The translations under genes were made by a program, and so were the position numbers. A model generated the notes under the pieces. It did no database searches. It saw only the letters and a program-made list of their open reading frames with translations, and was not told the DNA's origin. From NCBI GenBank assembly GCA_030065855.1, contig JASJCT010000015.1:16724-80723 (forward strand): DNA of 64,000 nucleotides, in the 5' to 3' direction. This DNA comes from Myxococcota bacterium (GTDB lineage Bacteria > Myxococcota_A > Polyangia > JAAYKL01). Positions 18,948 to 28,759 of the stretch are shown here, one piece after another. Position 1 is the first letter of the stretch. Every line of letters starts with the position of its first letter.

Positions 18948-20207
18948 ATGAGAATTGAGATTATTTACCCCAAGTGGCCCAAATTACCTGGACAACGGGT
19001 ATTCAACCTCCCCCCCCACGGCCCGGTCGTATTTGCTGCGACAATTCCAGATGAACACGAGGTGAGGTTTGTGGATGAACATGTCGATGCAGTGACGTTT
19101 GATGAGGATGTGGACCTGGTCTGCATTTCAATGATGCTCACGTGTCAAACCCCCCGCGGATACGAGATCGCTGATCGCTTCAGGGCCCTTGGCATCCCGG
19201 TGATCATGGGGGGCATTGCCGCCTCCTTGCACGCGGATGAAGCGACTGCTCACGCGGATGCCGTATTTATCGGAGAAGCCGAAGGTCGATTCCACCCTGT
19301 GCTCGCTGATTTGCAGGCAGGACACCTTCAGAAAAAATACGATTATTTGGATCTGCCAGCCCCCATCGATACCGTGGGCACGGCCCGGAGGTCCATTCTA
19401 AACCGGGAAAAGTACAGCTATCGGGGTGTACAGATGGTCGATCTGGTCCACGCCTCTCGCGGCTGTCGCTTCAACTGCTACCCGTGCTGCGTGCGCTATT
19501 TGGGAGGTCGTTCGTTTCGACCGCGCCCCATAGACAAAGTTGTGGCCGAGGTGGCGTCGATTCCCAACAACCGTTTGTTTTTCGTGGACAATTCCCTGGC
19601 CCAGGACAAAAAATGGGAGCTCGACCTGTTCCGTGCCCTCGCCCCTTTAAAGCGCAACATCGTGAGCCACCCCGTGGAAGACGACGACGACGTGCTCAGA
19701 GCAGCAGCTGATGCAGGCGTCTGGTGGGTTTATCAGGCGATCTTCGACACCTCAGACTTTATTCGGCAGCGGGTCCGCCGGCTCAAAGAGCACGACATTG
19801 CCGTGGAAGGGACGATTCTGCTCGGGCTCGACGATCACACAGAGGACGCCATCAAAGCCTTGGTGGATTTTCTAATGGAAATCGAGTTGGACCTGGCAGA
19901 ATTCACTGTCCTAACGCCCTTTCCCCACACAAAGGCCTATCAAGACCTGGCCGCCAGCGACCGCGTGCTCCACACGGATTGGCGGCGGTACACAGCTGGG
20001 GAGGTGGTCTTTAAGCCGGCAAACATGACCCCGAATCGACTCGAGTACCTCTACCACTACGCCTGGGAGACATTCTACAAGACCGAGCCACAGCAGTTAA
20101 AAATGGCCAACTTATTGAAAAAAGCCATAAAACGGGAGGTCTCAGCTGGCACGCGACATCGGTTCCAATCGCCGCGAAACCGCCTGGCCGCATCGAACGC
20201 GAAATAA
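18948..20207 (+). CDS. B12-binding-domain radical SAM protein
   Basis: An N-terminal Rossmann-like B12-binding region (VDLVCISMMLT...IPVIMGG) is followed by the radical SAM cluster motif CRFNCYPC (Cx3Cx2C). Confidence 0.75.
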   Translation: MRIEIIYPKWPKLPGQRVFNLPPHGPVVFAATIPDEHEVRFVDEHVDAVTFDEDVDLVCISMMLTCQTPRGYEIADRFRALGIPVIMGGIAASLHADEATAHADAVFIGEAEGRFHPVLADLQAGHLQKKYDYLDLPAPIDTVGTARRSILNREKYSYRGVQMVDLVHASRGCRFNCYPCCVRYLGGRSFRPRPIDKVVAEVASIPNNRLFFVDNSLAQDKKWELDLFRALAPLKRNIVSHPVEDDDDVLRAAADAGVWWVYQAIFDTSDFIRQRVRRLKEHDIAVEGTILLGLDDHTEDAIKALVDFLMEIELDLAEFTVLTPFPHTKAYQDLAASDRVLHTDWRRYTAGEVVFKPANMTPNRLEYLYHYAWETFYKTEPQQLKMANLLKKAIKREVSAGTRHRFQSPRNRLAASNAK

Positions 20208-20294
20208 CGCTTGGCTGGATGCGGACAGATGATAAGATGAGGCGGCGAATTATAAGAAGGCAGCGTAAACCCAAAAGCCAAAGCGGAGGAATCG

Positions 20295-21500
20295 ATGGTA
20301 AAGCGATATAGTGCAGGAGGCGCGCTACTCATAGGCGTAATGGCGGCGTTGATGATCGGGTGCGGCGGCGCGGAAAAGCCACAGAAAAAGGCGTTTGCAA
20401 GTGGTTCAGAGGCGCCTTTTGGCGGTGTTGGAGATACGTCTGAACTAAAGGGCAGCGGCGGTGGAGCTGCATCAACCGAAGACACTGGGACGTCCTACGA
20501 TGCAACAGACATCCGCATTCCAGGGTCAGACCTCAGCGGCAATACAAAGAAAAAAAATAAGAAGCAAAGGGCTGCCAAGGCAAAGAAGTGTCCAAAAGGC
20601 AAAAAAGGCAAGAAGTGCCGGGCAAGGAATCGAAAATCCAAGGGCATTCCCTATTCTGAAAAAATTAAGGATCAGACGTCCGGCATTGCGTGGGGCATGC
20701 ACTACAAGGCCGTCATGGCGAAATTCGAAAATATTATTAAGGACAGTTACAAAGAAGAGCTGAAGAACGCAGGCGGTGCGATCGAAGAGGATCGGGTCCG
20801 CACAAAAATGATAAGAGAAATCAACAACTTGCGTAATAGCTATGTCAAATTTGACGGGGATCGTTCCGGGTACGAAGGGGTTATGATCGAGCCCGAGTTC
20901 ACCCACAATAATGGCGAGTCCATGCTCATGTGGGATGCTGGCAAATTCGTGGAATACCTGTTCTTTTTCGATGGTCGCTTTTGGAAGCGACTGCGATCCT
21001 TTAGACGAGACTCCCTGGAGGACAAGATCACGTTTGAAGGATACGTCGAGAAGCTCACCTCCATGTTTGGCAAGGGCAAGGAAATTCAAACCGAAGATGG
21101 CAAGCTCGACGAAGTAAAATGGCAAGATGACGATACCTATATGATCGCCAGGGACAGGTCCAATTTTTATGGGGTCTACTGTTTGGTACTCTCGGCCAAA
21201 GTGACGGAGAACAACCTGGCGAGCCTGCGCACAAACCAACCCAAACCCGACGGGTATGTCACTGAAAAAGTATCTGATGTGGTTGCGGACGTCACTGGCG
21301 GCAATCTTTCCGACACCCATACATCGGTTGTCGATTCTTACACTGGAGAATCTGCTGGCGGCTCGAGTGGCGGGCATGTCGGCGACACGCATCATTCAGT
21401 GACAAAGGGAAGCGGAAAAAAACAGAGCGGGAAAAAGACCAAAGAAAAAGCAGGCAAACCCATTAAGGAAGACGAAGAAGGCGTAGACGACCTCTTTTAA
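20295..21500 (+). CDS. lipoprotein of unknown function with Lys-rich tracts
   Basis: Lipobox (AALMIGCGG), a polybasic KKKNKKQRAAKAKKCPKGKKGKKCRARNRKSK tract, a globular middle and a basic/acidic tail. I recognised no family. Confidence 0.5.
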   Translation: MVKRYSAGGALLIGVMAALMIGCGGAEKPQKKAFASGSEAPFGGVGDTSELKGSGGGAASTEDTGTSYDATDIRIPGSDLSGNTKKKNKKQRAAKAKKCPKGKKGKKCRARNRKSKGIPYSEKIKDQTSGIAWGMHYKAVMAKFENIIKDSYKEELKNAGGAIEEDRVRTKMIREINNLRNSYVKFDGDRSGYEGVMIEPEFTHNNGESMLMWDAGKFVEYLFFFDGRFWKRLRSFRRDSLEDKITFEGYVEKLTSMFGKGKEIQTEDGKLDEVKWQDDDTYMIARDRSNFYGVYCLVLSAKVTENNLASLRTNQPKPDGYVTEKVSDVVADVTGGNLSDTHTSVVDSYTGESAGGSSGGHVGDTHHSVTKGSGKKQSGKKTKEKAGKPIKEDEEGVDDLF

Positions 21501-21761
21501 ACACCAGCCCCCTATCCCCATCCGCGTTTACCTCCCCCTTCTACCACTTCTACCAGGCCACAACTCGGCAACGAACGTAGCTGAATAAAAAAATCACTGG
21601 TTCGCAATAGTGGTATGGCAAACGTCTTAACGAATGGGAAATTCATAAGCAATGACGGGCAACGGTCGTCATTGGACGGAGTTCTTAAATCTAGAACAAG
21701 GTGCGGGGAAGTTGAACGACGTCGTCTGTGACTGTTAAGGTACTATGGAAGGAGAGAAAAA

Positions 21762-22706
21762 ATGCGTAATTCGCTAATAACAAAGATGAAACTCATGCTG
21801 TGTATTCTGGTTGGCCTAACAGCGACCAGATGCGACGGCAACGAGGCGCCCGGATCTAGTGTGGATACCCATACGACATATACGTGTGACGGCAATGGAA
21901 ACATTATGCGCGAGGAGACCGACCGGGGAGCCGATGGGATCGTGGATCGCCGCAGTACATATACATATGACAATGATGGAAACCTATTATCCGAGGCGCA
22001 CGACGAAGACGCAGACGGCATCGTGGATCATCACGCGACATATACGTATGACGAAGATAGTAACATGTTAACCGCGGAGCGGGACTCCAACGCCGTCAAC
22101 GGCGAGAAAAAACGTACGATATATACTTATGACGATGAGGGAAATCTGTTGACCGAGGCGCACGACGAAGACATCGACGGCGACGTGGATAGCCGCACGA
22201 CATATACGTACGACGACAATGGAAACCGGCTGACTGAGGAGAGGGACTATGACACCGACGGCGTCGCAGATAACCGCACGACATATACATATGACAACGC
22301 TGGAAATCTGTTAATCGAGGAGCAGGACGAAGGCGCAGACGGCATCGCGGATATACGCATGACATATACGTATGACGAAGATGGCAACAAGTTGACTTAT
22401 GAGCACGACGGTGATGCCGACGGCGTGGTGGAAGTTCGCGTCGTATACCTATATGAAGAAGATGGCATGAAGATGACTGAGGAATGGGACGACGACGCAG
22501 ACGGTATCGCGAACTTACGCATAACATATACGTATGACTTGGATGGTAACCTGTTGACTGAGGATTGGGAATTGGAAACCGATAGCGGCTCAGATGAGCG
22601 CTGGTCATATACGTATGACAACGCTGGAAATTTGTTATCCGAGGAGTACGACATACGCGTCGACGGCGTTGTGGATAAGCGCCACACCTATACCTACGAT
22701 TGCTGA
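21762..22706 (+). CDS. secreted repeat protein: ten 28-aa YD-like / DxDxDG-like repeats
   Basis: Signal peptide, then 10 tandem units of consensus TYTYDxxGNLLTEExDxDADGxxDxRx, ending in TYTYDC. The corresponding 84-nt DNA periodicity is visible from ~21870 to 22700. Confidence 0.7.
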   Translation: MRNSLITKMKLMLCILVGLTATRCDGNEAPGSSVDTHTTYTCDGNGNIMREETDRGADGIVDRRSTYTYDNDGNLLSEAHDEDADGIVDHHATYTYDEDSNMLTAERDSNAVNGEKKRTIYTYDDEGNLLTEAHDEDIDGDVDSRTTYTYDDNGNRLTEERDYDTDGVADNRTTYTYDNAGNLLIEEQDEGADGIADIRMTYTYDEDGNKLTYEHDGDADGVVEVRVVYLYEEDGMKMTEEWDDDADGIANLRITYTYDLDGNLLTEDWELETDSGSDERWSYTYDNAGNLLSEEYDIRVDGVVDKRHTYTYDC

Positions 22707-22778
22707 GAACAGCAGCGAATCATAGGTTTGGCGCCAAAGCCCCCATACCCTCTGGGAAGTCCATCCCCTCTCCTCCCT

Positions 22779-23384
22779 TTATTCAAACGTAATGGGATAG
22801 TGGGCTACCATATCTGGCCCGTCAAAGGCGGGATACCGGATGGATTTCACGGTACGCCGGATGCATGCGCCGGCTTCTCCACTGATGATCACTTTGGGTC
22901 CCTGGAGGTTCACCCGGGTTACTTGACCACTGGACGCGATGCGCATGCCAACGACCACCTTACCCTTAGCAGGGGCATCGCTTGGAACGAGTACAAGGCA
23001 GCGCTCAATGCCGCCAAACACACGATCAATGCCCCGATCAATCTCACCTTCGGTGAGTTGTGCCTCTCCGCCTGCCCGGCCCATTTCGAGGTCACGACTG
23101 CCCGGAGCGCCTAGGTTATCGCCCTGGAGGCCACTACCTGTTTCCCAAGACCGTTGTCCATCCGACAGGGCACGCCGGGGCCGCCTGCGACGTTTATGCC
23201 GGCCGCGTCGCTTTTTTTTCACATCCCCCTCTAACGTGGATGCCGAGTCGTCCGAGGTGAGCTGTTCTTCTGGTATGTTAACAACTTGGCTGTCAAATAA
23301 AGTAAATATGCCTGTGGACTGGGCATAGAGCGCACAGAGCCAGAAGACTGATGCGACCACAATTCCCGCTGCAAACTGTTTCAT
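22779..23384 (-). CDS. membrane-anchored protein with AgmX/PglI-type (TonB_C-like) C-terminal domain
   Basis: N-terminal signal/anchor and a basic KKKRRGRHKRRRRPRR tract. The C-terminal ~90 aa (IDRVFGGIERC...VVVGMRIASSGQV...CIRRTVKSIRYPAFDGPDMVAHYPITFE) resemble the myxobacterial AgmX/PglI tail as I recall it. Confidence 0.45.
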   Translation of the reverse strand: MKQFAAGIVVASVFWLCALYAQSTGIFTLFDSQVVNIPEEQLTSDDSASTLEGDVKKKRRGRHKRRRRPRRALSDGQRSWETGSGLQGDNLGAPGSRDLEMGRAGGEAQLTEGEIDRGIDRVFGGIERCLVLVPSDAPAKGKVVVGMRIASSGQVTRVNLQGPKVIISGEAGACIRRTVKSIRYPAFDGPDMVAHYPITFE

Positions 23385-23420
23385 CGCTATTTTCGCCGAT
23401 CCTTGTTCAACCTGTTTTGC

Positions 23421-24062
23421 TTATTCCGCTCTTTGAATGAGACTCTCTTCAATTCTCTTAACAAAATTGTAGATCTGTTGTTTCCCGTGGGCGGTCTTGT
23501 ATTCGAGTTCAACGCCAATACCCGCTTCCGAAGAACGCGCACTTTGCCAGACCACCCGTCCATAACACTGATCTGGCGGGGCACTTTTATCGATAAAAAA
23601 TCTCAAGATGAGGGTCTCCCCAACCAGTACTGGTGCGTCCGTGGCAATAAAAATGCCTTCACGGCTGATGTTGGTGGCCTTGCCCCGATACCAATTATCT
23701 GAGGTTGAGAAGTCCACATCAAAGTCCACGGGAATACGCCGGCTTTTTCCTCGGCGCGCCTCCAGCCGCCCTTCGCAATACCGGACGAGGAACTGTATCT
23801 TTTCGGGTTCAGCCTTCTCCAAACTGATGCCCACACCTGGCTGAAGGGATCCTCGCCACCTGGTGGCAGGACGACGCCATACCACGCGCCCCCGCAGTTG
23901 GATCCCCTCTGGAATTTCAGGAAAACAGAGTTTTATCGAGACCATATCTCCCAAACCATAGGCCTTGTCTGTCGGGACAAACACGCCGCCCCCTGGAAGA
24001 TCGTGTAAGTACACCTGCTCGAAATCATCGCGACTCTCAAACCTCATCACTTCTGTACACAT
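23421..24062 (-). CDS. tandem PilZ-domain protein (TIGR02266-like)
   Basis: Two PilZ-like halves: RFESRDDFEQVY...GRVVWRR and RRIPVDFDVDF...GRVVWQS. Confidence 0.65.
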   Translation of the reverse strand: MCTEVMRFESRDDFEQVYLHDLPGGGVFVPTDKAYGLGDMVSIKLCFPEIPEGIQLRGRVVWRRPATRWRGSLQPGVGISLEKAEPEKIQFLVRYCEGRLEARRGKSRRIPVDFDVDFSTSDNWYRGKATNISREGIFIATDAPVLVGETLILRFFIDKSAPPDQCYGRVVWQSARSSEAGIGVELEYKTAHGKQQIYNFVKRIEESLIQRAE

Positions 24063-24233
24063 CTAAGTACCATTTTTTCCCGGGCGATCTTGTTATCCCT
24101 GGCCCCATGTTTTGCGCATCATATCAGACCTATCAATGCTCGCAATCCCAAGACAGATGGATGAAATTCGCCTAGACAACGTGCGCTTTCCTCGACTTTG
24201 ACGTAGGATGGCCGCAGCATCGAGGCAAAACCT

Positions 24234-26714
24234 ATGGAACGACTTCTCAAACCCTACCTTCGGTTGGCCATACGCCGTGCAGGAAGCGTGGTGATTGCCA
24301 TGGGGTTGATCTCAGCAGGCGTTGCGTACTGGCTGATGGCACACAGCCCCCTTGGACTGGATACCAATTTTACCACCTTACTGCCAGACGAACTGCCCTG
24401 CGTTATTGAGTCTCGACGCATCTCAACGCTGATCGGCTCCACTGACTACCTGATCGTAGCCATTGACTCGCCAGTGGTCGCGGACAATGTGGCCTTTGCA
24501 GACGACATCGCCCGCGAACTCGCTTCTTTAGAGGAGCTTACTTATGTCGCGACAAAACAGGATAAGACCTTTTTCAGAGATCATCGTCTGCTCTATCTCG
24601 ATCTTGAAGATTTAAAAAAGCTCGTCAATCGCGCAAAAGACCGGCTCGATTATGAGAAAAAAATTCGCAACCCGTTTTATATCGCCTTGGAAGAGGAGGC
24701 ACCGCCAGACATCGATATTGAAGATGTAATGACCCCATTGAAAGAGCGGCTTAAGCGGCGGGGCGCTGCAGTGGGTCTAGCCCAGATAGACGGACAGCAA
24801 AACGACCATGGGCTCGGCACCGAAGATCGCCTCATAGCCAAAGGGGGCACGCTGATGTCGGTCATTGCCCGGCCTAAAAAACCTGCCTTGGACATGAATT
24901 TCGGCCGCGCTTTGGTGGAAAAAACCGAAGCGCTCATCGCGCGACTTAACCCGCGGCGAAATCCAGATATGCGCGTAGAAGTGGCCGGGCCATACCGGAA
25001 CCGGTACCGGGAATACAATAACGTCATCGGTGATATTTTCTCGTCCCTCGCTGTTTCCATTTCCCTGATTCTGCTCATTATTACTGTTTATTTTAGAAGG
25101 GTTAGAATCGTCTTACTGATCTTTGTACCGCTCGCCGTCGGCATCCTTTGGACCGTTGGCCTCACTGCGCTGACCTTGGAACGCCTAAACATGACCACGG
25201 CCCTTATTTTCGCAGTGCTCCTCGGGCTCGGCATCGACTTTGGCGTGCACATGTCCGTGCGCTATCTGGACGAGCGCGCCCGAGGAAAATCACTCGAAGA
25301 TGCACTGGCGCTGGCTGTGATTCATACGGGCAAGGCGATTCTAACAGCTGGGCTTACAACCGCAGGTGGGTTGGCCGTGTTGATCCTAGCGCGATTTAAG
25401 GGGTTCAGTGAATTCGGGCTCATCGCCACCATGGGCATAACGACTTGCTTGCTGGTCTACACCTTGTTGTTGCCTGCCCTGGCCGTGCTCATGGAGCGGA
25501 TCTCGACGCCAAAACCCTGGCGCAAACGGGTTGTACAAAGACCTGATCGCAGCACGTCCGTCTCCTTATCCACGGGCTGGCTGGGCGCAGCCATTGGCGG
25601 GGTGGCATTACTCGCAGGCCTTGGCTTCACATCTGCGGGGAAAATTGATTTTGAATACGATTTCCGCAATCTCAGGGGTGAACGGGTGAGCGCCAGCATC
25701 GATTATGGAAAAACCCTGGGTCAGGGTTCGTCCCCTGTCGTAGCAGTGCTACCGACCCCAGAGGATGCCCAAGCGCTCACGCGCCATCTGGAAAGCATTA
25801 TCGATAATGACGTCGACAATAAAGATTTGGTAAAGCGCGCGTTTTCCATTTTTTCGTTTATTCCAGAAGATCAAGAGCCGAAGTTGGCCCAGCTCAAACA
25901 GCTTCGATCACATGTGGACAGTGCCCTTGGCTTGAGTCGCCTAGAAAAAGATACCAGAGAGACCCTTGCTCAAATTCGGCATTGGACCACTGCCAACCCG
26001 TTCGGGATTGACAGCCTGCCACAGTGGGTAAAGGACAAATTTCAGGAAAAAGATGGCACCTTGGGCCGCATGGTCTATCTCTATCCTCGGGCAAACGAGT
26101 GGATTATCTCTGAAATCGAGCGGTTCTACGAGGCCTACGGCAGCATCGATGTGCCTGGAAAGGGTGAGGTGCGGCCTTCTGCATCTGGGTTTATCATGGT
26201 GGAAGTGGTCCGCGCAGTACAGCGGGATGGGTGGCTCATGACGGTCGCGGCCACAGCCGTGGTCCTCGTACTACTGTTGCTGGACCTAAGATCCCTAAAG
26301 TCAGCGTTGATGGTGTTTGCGCCGCTCATCGTTGGGGCTGCGTGGACAATGGGGATCATGGCGATATTCGATATTCGGATAGGCCTTTACAACATGCTCG
26401 TGCTGCCCACTATGCTCGGCATTGGGGTTGATGCGTCAGTGCACCTCTACCATGCCTATCGGGAACACGGTCCCGGATCCCTTGGGTATGTCTTAAAAAC
26501 CACTGGTGCGGCCATTGCCGTGGCCGCAGCCACGACAGCTGTGGGATTTGTGGGCATGCTCGTGGTCTCCCACGCTGGCCTGCGATCGATAGGCATTCTT
26601 GCCCTCATCGGCATAGGCGCCACCCTGACGGCCGCCCTCGTCACCCTACCACTCGAACTGGCCCTTGGCGAAACCATGCGGTTTCGCAGCAGAGCAAAGG
26701 CAATAAAAAGGTAG
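24234..26714 (+). CDS. MMPL/RND-superfamily exporter (HpnN-like architecture)
   Basis: 826 aa with two repeats of TM1, a large periplasmic loop and a 5-TM bundle. SSD-type segments include GIDFGVHMSVRY and GVDASVHLYHAY. Confidence 0.8.
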   Translation: MERLLKPYLRLAIRRAGSVVIAMGLISAGVAYWLMAHSPLGLDTNFTTLLPDELPCVIESRRISTLIGSTDYLIVAIDSPVVADNVAFADDIARELASLEELTYVATKQDKTFFRDHRLLYLDLEDLKKLVNRAKDRLDYEKKIRNPFYIALEEEAPPDIDIEDVMTPLKERLKRRGAAVGLAQIDGQQNDHGLGTEDRLIAKGGTLMSVIARPKKPALDMNFGRALVEKTEALIARLNPRRNPDMRVEVAGPYRNRYREYNNVIGDIFSSLAVSISLILLIITVYFRRVRIVLLIFVPLAVGILWTVGLTALTLERLNMTTALIFAVLLGLGIDFGVHMSVRYLDERARGKSLEDALALAVIHTGKAILTAGLTTAGGLAVLILARFKGFSEFGLIATMGITTCLLVYTLLLPALAVLMERISTPKPWRKRVVQRPDRSTSVSLSTGWLGAAIGGVALLAGLGFTSAGKIDFEYDFRNLRGERVSASIDYGKTLGQGSSPVVAVLPTPEDAQALTRHLESIIDNDVDNKDLVKRAFSIFSFIPEDQEPKLAQLKQLRSHVDSALGLSRLEKDTRETLAQIRHWTTANPFGIDSLPQWVKDKFQEKDGTLGRMVYLYPRANEWIISEIERFYEAYGSIDVPGKGEVRPSASGFIMVEVVRAVQRDGWLMTVAATAVVLVLLLLDLRSLKSALMVFAPLIVGAAWTMGIMAIFDIRIGLYNMLVLPTMLGIGVDASVHLYHAYREHGPGSLGYVLKTTGAAIAVAAATTAVGFVGMLVVSHAGLRSIGILALIGIGATLTAALVTLPLELALGETMRFRSRAKAIKR

Positions 26715-26899
26715 CAGGGGACAGGTAGCAGGGGACGGAGGCTTTTGTTCAGGTAGCAGGGTAGCAGGGGACGGAGGCTTTTGTTCAGGTAGCAGAGGGT
26801 AGCAGGGGACGGAGGCTTTTGTTCAGGTAGCAGAGGGTAGCAGGGGACGGAGGCTTTTGTTCAGGTAGCAGGGTAGCAGGGGACGGAGGCTTTTGTTCA
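26710..26899 (+). repeat. tandem array (5 copies, 36-38-nt period) of GTAGCAGGGGACGGAGGCTTTTGTTCAGGTAGCAG(AG)G
   Basis: Read directly. Copies start at about 26725, 26761, 26799, 26837 and 26873. The array begins at the TAG stop of the MMPL gene. Its core GGGACGGAGGC recurs inverted at 28.05-28.12 kb. Confidence 0.9.
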
Positions 26900-27162
26900 A
26901 TTGAATTGGGCCGTTGGAAAAATAACACACACAGCGCATTAATAATTGAACTGAGATTATCGCGGATGTTGCAATGGATAGATATTTAGAGGATTCCTTT
27001 GGTTCATTTCTGCTCGCTTCTGCACACTTCGAGAAATGGGAACGCGCTTTGAGAACGGAAAGCGGAAATTCCTATCAATTCTGATAGATCAATACCTTCA
27101 CGCTTCCTTTTGCGGTGAGAATTTTTACTTACCTGCTCTGTTTTTGTACTCTTTGAGGTTTT

Positions 27163-27882
27163 TCACGAACGCAGAGGTCTGCCCCGTATTCTAATGGCAT
27201 ATAACAGGTTCTCGAAATCTGACGCGCATAGCGGCGTGTCCACGGTTTCACCTGGACAGTCATCAATCAAGTTCTCTTGTCGTAAATACAAATCACAAAG
27301 ACGCCGGTATTTCTTCCGGCGCGATGCTGCTGTCTTCCCACACGCGAGGTATGCCTGGGGGGGTGTTAGATGCACTGTATACTTATTTCTTTCACCAAAT
27401 GCATAGAAGCGATAGGAGGAATGCTTGTAGTTGGCTGGATGCGAGACAATGCCGACCCTTACTGGATTGGCATCGCAATAGAACATGGTTTTGAGCACCT
27501 CAAATTCATTTTTTATTTCGGTTGTTCTCGGGCGGTCGTATGCGACTTTTCCCTGCCGATTGTGTCTTTGGTTGTAGCCCATGCCAAATCGGGAATGGGC
27601 GTTTCGCATCCAATTTCCCAGGAACCTTGTCGCCCGTTTGAACCCCCTATTCCCGTTGAAATGAGGGAGGAGGCGGCCCACTTCATGGGTGTGGTTTCCC
27701 ATCAGGCAGTACCCATGGACCTGAATGTTCTCTCTGAAGCTTTTGGTATAGGTATCGAATAGTGCATTGAGATAGTTATATTTTTCAGCATCACGGGCAA
27801 AGACGTATTCTCGATTATGCGCCCGCCACATTTTGTGGAAGACACCAGTAACGGCCAAGGAAACGGCTCTTGGGATGCGCAT
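27163..27882 (-). CDS. REP-associated tyrosine transposase (RAYT; IS200/IS605-like Y1 HUH transposase)
   Basis: 239 aa with the HUH motif in CLMGNHTHEV and a C-terminal catalytic-Tyr region (ANYKHSSYRFYAF) typical of RAYTs. It is flanked by inverted repeat arrays. Confidence 0.75.
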   Translation of the reverse strand: MRIPRAVSLAVTGVFHKMWRAHNREYVFARDAEKYNYLNALFDTYTKSFRENIQVHGYCLMGNHTHEVGRLLPHFNGNRGFKRATRFLGNWMRNAHSRFGMGYNQRHNRQGKVAYDRPRTTEIKNEFEVLKTMFYCDANPVRVGIVSHPANYKHSSYRFYAFGERNKYTVHLTPPQAYLACGKTAASRRKKYRRLCDLYLRQENLIDDCPGETVDTPLCASDFENLLYAIRIRGRPLRS

Positions 27883-28003
27883 GGGTCAAACAGATATCAA
27901 TCTCTGTGCCAAACAAATAACCCAAGAAAATACGGATAGTTGGTCAAGTCGCACATTGACCGAGGATGGCGAAAAAAGATGGCGAGCAGCAGGTTCGCCG
28001 CCA

Positions 28004-28121
28004 CCATCGCCGATGCAGATTAGGCGAATCTTCTAAAACTGTTCGCCTCCGTCCCTGGTTCCTCATCGCCGATGCAGATTAGGCGAATCTTCTAAAACTG
28101 TTCGCCTCCGTCCCTGGTTCC
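28004..28121 (+). repeat. two tandem 59-nt copies containing a hairpin (AGGCGAA-N13-TTCGCCT) and core GCCTCCGTCCCTGG
   Basis: Read directly. Units start at 28004 and 28063. The core is the reverse complement of the core in the 26.7-kb array. Confidence 0.9.
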
Positions 28122-28147
28122 TTCTGGTTCCCTTTGTTGTCGTTTGC

Positions 28148-28642
28148 CTAAGACCGTACAAATTCCATGGATACTCTGCAGGGATCATCCTCCCCGTCTA
28201 GATCCAGGTCGTACGCCGCTGTGTTGGGTCCGCCATTGATGCGAAAGGTATTTCCGGTGAGTGTCGCTTCAAAATATTCGTAATCATCCGGTTCATCATC
28301 AAACTGGATGGCAAAGAACTCCCCGTCCTCGAAGAACATGAGACCTCCGACCGTAAAGTCATCCCGATCCGCAGGGGCGATGGTCAGGGTAAACCGCCCA
28401 TTGGCTTCGATGGTCATAAAACCACTACCACCGTCTCCAACGATGTTTGCGTGATCGGGGATGGGGAGATCATCAACTTCGGAATAAGAAAAATGAATTT
28501 CTGTGGCGGTCCAATTCCCCTGCAAATCGCTCGTACTGAATTCAGGCCCGGTAGTGGATTGGGCTCCGTTGGCGTCGGAGGAACAACTTGCAAGGCTCAA
28601 GCTCATCTGGAATGCAAGCAAAATGTACGGCAATTTTTTCAT
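28148..28642 (-). CDS. small lipoprotein of unknown function
   Basis: Start set at MKKLPYILLAFQMSLSLASCSSD (lipobox), with GGAGG upstream on the reverse strand. The acidic beta-rich body may be lipocalin-like. Confidence 0.55.
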   Translation of the reverse strand: MKKLPYILLAFQMSLSLASCSSDANGAQSTTGPEFSTSDLQGNWTATEIHFSYSEVDDLPIPDHANIVGDGGSGFMTIEANGRFTLTIAPADRDDFTVGGLMFFEDGEFFAIQFDDEPDDYEYFEATLTGNTFRINGGPNTAAYDLDLDGEDDPCRVSMEFVRS

Positions 28643-28759
28643 TATTCTAGCCTCCAATCCTCGTTTCTTATCGATGAGCCACTCGCTGATCACTTCATCC
28701 AATTAATCCCCAAATTCTGTCAATTCGCGTGGGTTGTCCAGAGAAAAGGGGACGTATCC

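Noticed and set aside
26710-26899. Possible CRISPR array, because of regularly spaced ~36-nt repeats.
   Set aside because: The units are directly abutting tandem copies with no unique spacers. No cas genes are nearby, and the same core recurs inverted on the other side of a RAYT transposase. It is better explained as a REP/BIME-like array.
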